Positions 51,867 to 61,187 of a stretch of 64,000 nucleotides of DNA are shown in pieces. Below the pieces are notes generated by a model. That model had not been told where the DNA came from. It was given only the letters and a program-made list of their open reading frames with translations, and ran no database searches. The translations under genes and the position numbers were made by a program. Within the stretch, counting starts at the first letter, position 1; each line of letters begins with the position of its first letter. The DNA comes from Mobula hypostoma (lineage: Eukaryota), in contig NC_086106.1 in the NCBI RefSeq assembly GCF_963921235.1, positions 22,816,001 through 22,880,000 on the forward strand. The letters are read 5' to 3'.

Positions 51867-53830
51867 TGGCAGAATATTGTGTGGATTATTAGAGCGATCT
51901 TTGCTTCCGAATCGAGAGGACACTCAACACTGCTGCGCAGATTTACTCTGCAGCCTCCATCAACATTGGGACTGAGTTTCAGAGCTGAGAGGTATTTATA
52001 CAGCTACATAGGACCCTAGTCAGGCACCAATGAGTACCTGCACAGTTTTGGTGATCTTACATCAGGAAGGATGTGGAAATTGTAGAAAGTGTGCAGAGGA
52101 GATTTACAAGGATGTTGCCTGGATTGGTAGCATGGCTTATTAGAATAGGTTGAGTGAACTCTGAAGAGGCGGAAGATGTTACGTGATCGTATAAAGTTGG
52201 ATAAGATTATGAGAGGCATTGATCGTGTGGATAATCAAAGGCTTGTTCCCAGGGCTGAGATATCTAACTGAAGAGGAAACAGTTTTAATTGCTTGGATCT
52301 ACGTACAGAGGAGATGTCAGGACAAATTGTCTTTTTTTTTTTGTTTGTTTGTTTGTTTTTTGTAACGCAGAGAGTGGTTAATGCGTGGAACAGGCTGCCG
52401 ACGACTGTAGTGGATCCGATAGAGTCTTTTAACAATCTCCTGCCTGTTTAGATTCCTATCTTTTAACAGATAGGAACGTGGAGCTTAGAAATCTAGATGA
52501 CTGTAGTTAACCCCAGGTAATTTCTCAAGTAAGCACTTGTTCGGCATAACACTTTGGGCCGGAAAGCCTGTATTGTACTGGAAGTGTTCTATATTTCTAT
52601 CTTTCTATAGGTTTCTTTGTAAGGCTGCTGTAGAGGTAAAATAAATCACGACATACGAGGGCTATATTATAACTGGTTTTAATTCGAATCTTATTTTTCT
52701 ATGAAACATATATAAAATCCGGAAAACTGACAGAAATCACAAATTTAATATCACAAATGATACCGGGGTATAAAGTATATATGATCACCATAATTCGATA
52801 GGATATAAGAGAAGAATTAGGTTATTTGGCACATCGTGTCCACTCTGCCATTTCATCATGCTTCTCAATTCATGCACTGGTAGAAGAGAATATCATCCTT
52901 CGCCAAAGTTAAAACTTCACGACAACCACTTTCAATATTTATTTCCTCCATTGTAACCGTCTTCCCTGCGCAAAAAAAACGTGCACGTGATTTCTTGCTT
53001 CCTGCCCGTCCATCCTCTCTCGCTCTGTCTCACTCACACACTCCCTTACTCACACTCATTCTCTCTCTCTCGTACATATGCACTCACATCCTTTCTCTCA
53101 CTCATTCTCTCCATCTATTTCTATGTTTCTGTCTTCCTATCACCTTTATTCTCTCTCTTATTCTCTCTCTCTCTCCATGCACTTTTTAACTGAGAGCCGT
53201 TGTTTCTATTTTCAATAGAGATTTCACATTGGAACAGCAACAGACAGATATGCTAAAAACAGCATTCCATGCACTGCTGAGAAATTCGTACCGTACTACT
53301 GAAAATAACGAGGAGTTATGATTGGTGGAGAAGCAAGGTCCAGAATCAACTCAGACTCATTTTCGACAGAAGAAGAACACACAATTACAATCCAAATGCT
53401 AGATCACAAATACTAGGACTGGAGATGAAAGTCCCATGATTGAGCACTGACTGCTCATCATGACGCTCTTCCCTACTATTCACAATAAAGTAACGTGATA
53501 GGCAATAATTAGCTGTCTGTGTCTTAAATGTAGAATGGGGTATATGTAGCATTTTCCTTTGGCTCAATAGCAGTTTACTGAGGCGTATAAGTTGGAGAAC
53601 AGCTTGAATTTAGCAGTTGATTTGTGAACACATTACATGTCAGATTAGCTGGAAAGTTGCAAGTATTATAGCTTCGTTAACTGGATTTTTTTTTTATTCG
53701 CCACTCCTGTGTAATGTTAAATCTTTCCTTTTCGATCACCTGATGTCATCGCCTAAGGGCGCCTCTGGAGACCACTCGCGTGATCACTGCTTTTTGAAGC
53801 CCGGTTGTGTATCTGTAATGAAACCATTTG

Positions 53831-54281
53831 GCGTCATCGCGCGAAGGTACCTGGCAGAATCAGAGAGGCGAGCCCCGGTGTTTGTAAAAGTAACATGGCG
53901 ACAACTCTTGTCTAATAAAAGAGAACATATTTCCGGCCAACCGGGTGGACGGTCGCTCTTAGAAATCAGAGCTTAGATTTTTTTTTTCTTCAACTTTAAA
54001 TTTCGGCCTGTACCGGGAACATGAGTGTACCAGAATGCAGCACCACTGTTGTAAGCTGCATATTAGAGTCAATTGATCAGTTTATGGTTTGTCCTACTTC
54101 AACCGTCAGTTCAGGCTGTTTTCCGTTACTAGCTCCTCGCTGCAATACCCTGCAAAAAACAACAGAACAGATTTAGAAATCTGAGGGCATGTCAAAACCG
54201 AGCGGCGTACATTAGATTCTTAATTTTAGACCCACCTGGATGTGCGAGAATTACTATCACAACAACATGTGCGAAGTACAT
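53831..54281 (-). pseudogene. TCR V pseudogene V2'
   Basis: Leader MYFAHVVVIVILAHP(G) at 54236-54281 and an 86-nt intron. The exon has frameshifts and stops, retains AFWYTHVPG, and ends SDSARYLRAMT (Cys104 to Arg). The RSS is degenerate. Confidence 0.88.
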
Positions 54282-54344
54282 GGTGTTGTCTTGAAAAGCA
54301 GATAACAGAACGAGTTCAAGTGCATGTACGAGAATGTACATCTC

Positions 54345-56106
54345 ACCAATTGGATAATTAATTTGGTTCTGTCTTCACTAAGGAGGACATAAATAATCTT
54401 CCAGAAATAGTAGAGGACAGGGGGTCAAGTGAAATTGAGGAACTGAGCGAAATACATGTAAGTAGGAAAGTGGTGTTGGGTAAACTGAAGGGATTGAAGG
54501 CAGATAAATCCCCAGGGACCAGATGGTCTGCATTCCAGAGTGCTTAAGGAAGTAGCCCAAGAAATAGTGGATGCATTAGTGATAATTTTTCAAAACTCAT
54601 TAGATTCTGGACTAGTTCCTGAGGATTGGAGTGTGGCTAATGTAACCCCACTTTTTAAAAAACGAGGGCGAGAGAAACCGAGGAATTATAGACCGGTTAG
54701 TCTAACGTCGGTGGTGGGGAAACTGCTGGAGTCAGTTATCAAAGATGTGATAACAGCACATTTGGAAAGCGGTGAAATCATCGGACAAAGTCAGCATGGA
54801 TTTGTGAAAGGAAAATCATGTCTGACGAATCTCATAGAATTTTTTGAGGATGTAACTAGTAGAGTGGATATGGGAGAACCAGTGGATGTGGTATATTTGG
54901 ATTTTCAAAAGGCTAATGACAAGGTCCCACACAGGAGATTAGTGTGCAAACTTAAAGGGCACGGTATTGGAGGTAAGGTATTGATGTGGATAGAGTATTG
55001 GTTAGCAGACAGGAAGCAAAGAGTGGGAATAAACGGGACCTTTTCAGAATGGCAGGCAGTGACTAGTGGGGTACCACAAGGCTCAGTGCTGGAACCCCAG
55101 TTGTTTACAATATATATTAATGACTTGGATGAGGGAATTAAATGCAGCATCTCCAAGTTTGCGGATGACACGAAGCTGGGCGGCAGTGTTAGCTGTGAGG
55201 AGGATGCTGAGAGGATGCAGGGTGACTTGGATAGGTTGGGTGAGTGGGAAAATGTATGGCAGATGCAAGTTAATGTGGATAAATCTGAGGTTATCCACTT
55301 TGGTTGCAAAAATAGGAAAACAGATTATTATCTGAATGGTGGCCGATTAGGAAAAGGGGAGGTGCAACGAGACCTGGGTGTCATTATACACCAGTCATTG
55401 AAAGTGGGCATGCAGGTACAGCAGGCGGTGCAAAAAGGCAAATGGTATGCTGGCATTTATAGCGAGAGGATTCGAGTACAGGAGCAGGGAGGTACTACTG
55501 CAGTTGTACAAGGCCTTGGTGAGACCACACCTAGAGTATTGTACGCAGTTTTGGTCCCCTAATCTGAGAAAAGACATCCTTGCCATAGAGGGAGTACAAA
55601 GAAGGTTCACCAGATTGATTCCTGGGATGGCAGGACTTAAATATGAAGAAAAACTGGATGAACTGGGCTTGTACTCGTTGGAATTTAGAAGATTGAGGGG
55701 GGATCTGATTGAAACGTATAAAATCCTAAAGGGATTGGACAGGCTAGATGCAGGAAGATTTTTCCCGATGTTGGGGAAGTCCAGAACAAGGGGCCACAGT
55801 TTGAGGATAGAGGGGAAACCCTTTAGGACCGAGATTAGGAAAAACTTCTTCACACAAAGAGTGGTGAATCTGTGGAATTCTTTGCCACAGGAAACAGTTG
55901 AGGCCAGTTCATTGGCTATATTTAAGAGGGAGTTAGATATGGTCTTTGTGGTTACGGGGATCAGGGGAATTGGAGAGAAGGCTGGTGCAGGGTTCTGAGT
56001 TGGATGATCAGCCATGATCATAATAAATATCGGTACATGCTCGAAGGGCCGAATGGCCTACTCCTGCACCTATTTTCTATGTTTCTATGTTTCTATGTTT
56101 CTATGT
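54345..56106 (+). mobile_element. Relatively young 5'-truncated CR1 LINE (RT region)
   Basis: Overlapping ORFs 54540-55562 and 55447-55998 with NYRPVSLTS, QHGFVKGKSCLTNL, DFQKA, PQGSVL and FADD. (TTCTATGT)n tail. Confidence 0.95.
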
Positions 56107-57419
56107 GTCATGATGCACATACATATCATTCTCCTCATTCAGATTTGGGCTATCAAAGTGGTAAGTATCGGTTGGCACAAAGAAACCTTGGTCAACGTCA
56201 TCTGAATCATCTACTTTTGAGGTACATTCGGAATTTCAATGTACGACAAAATATCAGAATATGTCAGCAGTTGCAGAAGAGTAAGTACACATCCTAAAAA
56301 TGTCTTCTTTTACTCTGGGGATTAACAATGGACAGATACATGCATGAAATGTTTTCTCTCTCGCTCTCGTCTGCTACAGGAAATAGATAATATGAGAATA
56401 GACATTTATTACTGGAAACTTGTTATGTGGGTTAGTTTACCTGTTTGAAGAAATCTGCTTCAAATGCGTCAATCGAATGACCTTTATTCTCTCTCTCTCC
56501 CCCCCTCTCTTTATCTACCCACCCTCCCCCCATGCACTTGAATACAACACCGTTGTTTCTATTGTAAGTAGAGTTGTTTCATTGCCTCAGCAACAACGCT
56601 ACCTGACCAAAAACAGCACTAAGCGCACAGCAGTGGACTAAAACTCCGGCCATGAAACAGGAAAGATGAGATTATATATTGTCAGGAGTGGGCTATCCAT
56701 GATGGTGAAGCCAGGTGCAGCGCCAGGTCTAGTATTAACTCAGACTCATTGCCGTATAAACAATAAGACAGATCCGAAATCCAAATACTACGTAACAAAC
56801 ATTTGTACTGGGAATGAAAGAGTCATGACTGAGCACCGTGTGCTCCTCGTAAGGGCCTTAACCACAGCTCTTCCACGAGGGAATGTGGCAGGCATTTATT
56901 GCCAGTCTGGGTATTAAATCTACAACAGCAGATCCTCATATTCGGGTTAATTAGAACGCTAAAACCTGAACATATGCTGCTGTTCTTTCGGTACCAAGAC
57001 ATATATGAGGCAATTTGTGTCAGCTCAGTTTTCGATAACCGACATGGATCCGCAGTTGAACAGGTTGTATTCAGCAGCGGATTTGAGCCCTGTGACATTT
57101 CAGATTGTAAGGAGCATTGCCAGTATTATTGCTTTGCTCATTGTAAGCGACGGTTTTAATTCAGTATAACTGTATCCGCCCGCATGTTTCTTCTTTTTTT
57201 CTCATTCAGCTAGATTCAATGTGTCAGAGTGCCCTTTGGAGACAGCAGGCTTGATTCTCCGGGTATTTTTGATGGTCTGTAGCTGTTCTGAACCAACATA
57301 AGCATCAAAGCACAAAGATACGTGGCGGAATCTGAAACAAGACCCCGGCGGTGCTGAAAGTAAAATACCTACCATTTATGTCTAATACAACAGAAAACTT
57401 GATGGCAAATGGCGAGATC

Positions 57420-57655
57420 TTTGCTCACAGAGAGTGGTGGGAGTATGGAATGAGCTGCCAGAAGAGGTGGTAAATGCGGATTCTTTTTTAACATTTAAGA
57501 ATAAATTGGACGGATACGTGGATGGGAGGTGTATGGAGGGATATGGTCCGTGTGCAGGTCAGTAGGACTAGGCAGAAAATGGTTCGGCACAGACAAGAAG
57601 GGCCAAAGAGCCTGTTTCTGTGCTGTAGTTTCTATGGTTCTATGGTCCTATGGTT
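57420..57655 (+). mobile_element. CR1 3' end inserted in the V6 exon
   Basis: ACAGAGAGTGGTGGGAGTATGGAATGAGCTGCC through to a (TTCTATGG)n tail. Confidence 0.9.
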
Positions 57656-57974
57656 CGAAATCAGTGCTGAGTTGTTTTTTTTATTCTTTTTTTATTTGAA
57701 ATTTCGGCGCTGTCTTGGGAAACTCAGCGTACCGAAAACAGTACCACTATCGTAAACTGCGGAATAGGTGCAGTTGAGCGGTATTGTTTGTCCTTCCTCT
57801 GCCGTTAGTTCAGACGGTTGATGGGATACTGGTTCCTCGACACAAGCTCCTGTAAGAAAACACAACACAGTTAGCAATGTGAGGGTAAATCAAAGCCACA
57901 TGGCACACTAAGAATTCATAATTTTAGACCCACTTAGAAGCATGAGAATTACTATCATTGCTGGATGTGCGACG

Positions 57975-58830
57975 TGTCACATGACCGACGACAATGTATA
58001 TAAAATATAGTCAGGTTTTATAAAAACAAACACAGATTTATAAAAATAGCAAAGCGTATTTAAACGACTGACTTAACCGGAAGTTATCTGCTCTACGGCA
58101 AGTCTGGAACAATTCTTAAAAGGGTAAATGCAAAAATAGTTCTTGAAGTGGTAAATTCGAACACAGTTCTTAGAATGGTAAATTAGAAAATCCAAGAGAT
58201 TTATACAGCCAATTTGGAGAGACTTTCCTGAAGTAATTTTTTTCCTCGTGAACGTGGCACTACTGTTGATCCCAGCCGGAACCTGCCTTGTCCGCAGGAT
58301 TCACAACGACGGAAGTAGATGGGTGCAAGGGAACTGACCTTTTCCTCTGGAGAATAGACACTGCTCTATCCTTACTAGTTGAGCAGAGTATATCTCAGTT
58401 GCAGAACATTTTTTGTTGAACGAACATTCAATAAAGGTCGATCCTCTCCAAAACCACCAAAAGATATCAGCTTTAATCTGCTCAGCGAATCCCTGCACTT
58501 TGGTATGTTCTTCAGTCTCCAATACGACTTATAACAGAAAGTAGAACTCCACCTAAAAATGAAACTGCGTCATAGGGCGAATACGCAGCAGAACGGAGTA
58601 TCTGACGAATTAAATAACGAACTAAGCTTGAAACTCTACTTGAAAAAAACTAACAGCGTCCACAAGGGTTCCCCATTTTATACCCGTGGTGAACATGTCA
58701 TCACCTGACCTCACACTGGCGGGAACTTTACACCACCCCACCATCACATGATCATTGCTTCATGCTCATGATAAGCTCAATTACATCATGGCCATAAGGC
58801 AGTCACAAGTTACCCATGCGGTATTTAACA
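57975..58830. mobile_element. Probable solo LTR (856 bp)
   Basis: TGTCAC...TTAACA termini and 4-bp flanks GACG/GAAG. Copy A has the uninterrupted GTGCGAAGCACAT at ~16703-16715. Confidence 0.65.
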
Positions 58831-60513
58831 GAAGCAAATTCTGTTGTCTTGACAGATTCAAGTTTATATATAAGAACACACCTACAAAAAGAGGTGGTTT
58901 TATTTTGCCGATTAATAGCTTTCTTCTCATTCAGGATTGGCGTTTCCCAAAGCCAAGACAGGCGTGTCACAAATCATCTTCGTCTACCTCATTTGATGCA
59001 TGTCATTAGAGGTGCATTTTTTTTTAATTTTCAACGTACCTGAAAATATCGTATGAAATCACAAATAGCTGGAGTGTCAGTACAACTGATCTAAATTTCC
59101 TTTTTTTTTACTGTGGGGATTAACATGGGGAGATGCTGCATGAAGCATTTCTCTCTTTCTCTCTCGCGCGCGTCAGAGGACAGATAATATGAGAGTAAAA
59201 CGTAAGTCCCGGGCCTGTGTGATGTTGGGGAAGAATACTCGTCCGTCGATAGCTTCCAGTACTATGCCGTCCATTATAGACCCGTTTGAAATATGCAGCT
59301 TCTATTTCCTATTGATCGTGTTGCGTTTGTCTGCAAGACACTCATTTTCACACTGAGGTCGCGAGCAGCGTTGAATAACTATTCGGAAATTAATCCTCAG
59401 AGTTAGCGGAGCAGACAGGTTCTCTCAGCGATGCATCAAGCTTGCTAAAGAGTTGGTTCTGTCGTTTGTGTAGCATCGAGGACTTCGACTTTTGTTCGAA
59501 TCCTTCACTGCTTATAAATGGATGATTGAAGTGGTTATTCACAGTCAATGTCTTCTGTCTCATCATCACACCTGTGTTCGGCCGTCACTGTAGGTACATA
59601 CAAAGATTATTGAAACCTGCAACGACTCTGTGCTAAGTATATTCTATATTGAAAAAAAAAATTCATTTAAATATTCAGCAAATTGGCATTAAATGCCTTA
59701 TGCAAGAGTACAAATTTAAGATGTGAATACACTTTAACATGCGAGAATTCTGGTGTAGGGACATTCTCTCTCTCTCTCTCTCGCTCTCTACTTCTATCTA
59801 TTTTCCCCCATTCGCTCATTATCTCTGATTGTGCACTTTCAATTGAAAACCATAGATTCCATCTTCAGTAGATTTGTTCTATTGTAACAACAGTAAAGCT
59901 GGATACCAAAAGCAGAACTTCATGGATTACAGTGGAATAAAAAAAAAGATGAGATTAGATTGTCACAGGAGAGCTATGATCGGTGGTGAAGCCAACTCAG
60001 ACTCAGACTTGATATAAATATGAAATCACAGCCGAATTGATAGATCACAACCATCAGCATTATGAATTGAAGGCCCATGTTTGTACACGGAGTGCTCATC
60101 GTGTGCCACTTAACCACAGATTATCCACGAAGTAATGCGGCAGGAAATAATTGGATGTCTGGGTGTTAAATATATAGCAGCAGGGAACCGTACAGCGGGG
60201 AATAAGAGTGCCGAATGCAAGACCCATGACTTTGCTTCGTCGGGACCATGGCTTATATGAAGCAATTGATGTTGGCTTACTTTTGCATTTTCGATGTAGA
60301 TCACTGGTTGAACAGGTTCAATTGAGCAGCAGATTTTTGTTCACAATGACAATTCAGGTTATAGGGAATTTCGTTAGTATTACAGCTTTGCTGATTGTAA
60401 ACACCATTTTAATTTGCTGTTCATGTGCACGCTTAACTCTTTCTTCTTTTCTATCGATCAGCCATGTTCAACGCGTTTGGGAGATCCCTGGAGACAACAT
60501 GCTGGATCCTCTG

Positions 60514-60552
60514 TATGTTTGTCCGGATCTATCGCTATTATAAACTAATGTG
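60514..60552 (-). promoter_or_regulatory. 23-RSS of V3'
   Basis: CACATTA, 23-nt spacer, ACAAACATA. Confidence 0.85.
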
Positions 60553-61006
60553 GGCATCATGGTACAAAGATACATGGCAGAATCAGAGGCGAGAGCCACA
60601 GCAATTGTTAAAGTCACATGCCGACTATTTGTGTCTAATAGAACTTTAAACGTGTCTGGAAAATCGGGAGATCGCTCCTCAAAACCACTGCTGAGTTTTT
60701 AAATTAGAACTTTCGACCATGTCCCAGAAAACTGAATGTATCAGAAAGCCGTAGTGCTTCCGTAAACTGCGGAATAGTTACAGTTGAGGGTTACAGTTAG
60801 CCCTTCCTCAGCCGTTAATACAGGCGGTTTCTGGAATACTGTCTCCTCGCCGCAAACGTTTGGAAGAACAAAAGGACAAACAAAACAAATAGCACAATTA
60901 GCAGTCAGTGTGTAAATCAAAACAGAGGGGCGCACTTTGGATTCGTGATGATAGACCCAGCTGGACACACGAGCATTACTATCACGACAAGATGTGCGAA
61001 GTCCAT
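60553..61006 (-). pseudogene. TCR V pseudogene V3'
   Basis: Leader MDFAHLVVIVMLVCP with donor GT changed to CT, acceptor AG changed to AA, Trp41 TGG changed to TGA, and a further TAA. Ends DSAMYLCTMM. Confidence 0.92.
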
Positions 61007-61179
61007 GGTGTTGTCCTAAAGGCAGATGCATTAACTCGAGCACGTCTATGTATCATAACACACAGCTCAAATCTGATTGTTTTATTTTGCTGATAGACTT
61101 CATTCTGCTAGTTCTTGATAGGTCTGTCACTCAGATAAGACTGGTTTAGGACAAATCACCTTCTCCTACGTCATGTGAT

Positions 61180-61187
61180 GCACGTCA
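61180..61187 (-). promoter_or_regulatory. CRE-like motif TGACGTGC upstream of V3'
   Basis: 174 bp upstream of the ATG, the same distance as for V3. A second TGACGTAG lies at 61166-61173. Confidence 0.45.

Larger units (their letters stand above)
50380..52620 (+). mobile_element. Degenerate CR1, copy B, interrupted by a Penelope-like insertion
   Basis: Collinear with 12280-13965. Confidence 0.85.
57301..58839 (-). pseudogene. TCR V pseudogene V6, split by two insertions
   Basis: GACVEEPVSHQPSELTAEEGQTIPLNCTYS at ~57700-57850, and a 3' part KFSVVLD...DSATYLCALM at 57301-57420. CR1 lies within the exon and an LTR-like insert lies within the leader. ATG is mutated and the RSS is degenerate (TATGTTG). 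Confidence 0.85.

Noticed and set aside
51366-51923. 185-aa and 126-aa ORFs
   Set aside because: They run through the low-complexity CT/GA UTR of the Penelope-like insert.
55395-56021. 208-aa minus-strand ORF, and similar ORFs at 54905-55309 and 41218-42371
   Set aside because: Antisense shadows of CR1 ORF2, with no independent evidence of coding.
1404-61006. Assignment of any V as IgH-like (TAILV), IgNAR or NAR-TCR V
   Set aside because: No WVRQ.PGKGLEW-type FR2 and no promoter octamer. Framework motifs fit TCR alpha/delta V. The alpha versus delta assignment itself remains uncertain.
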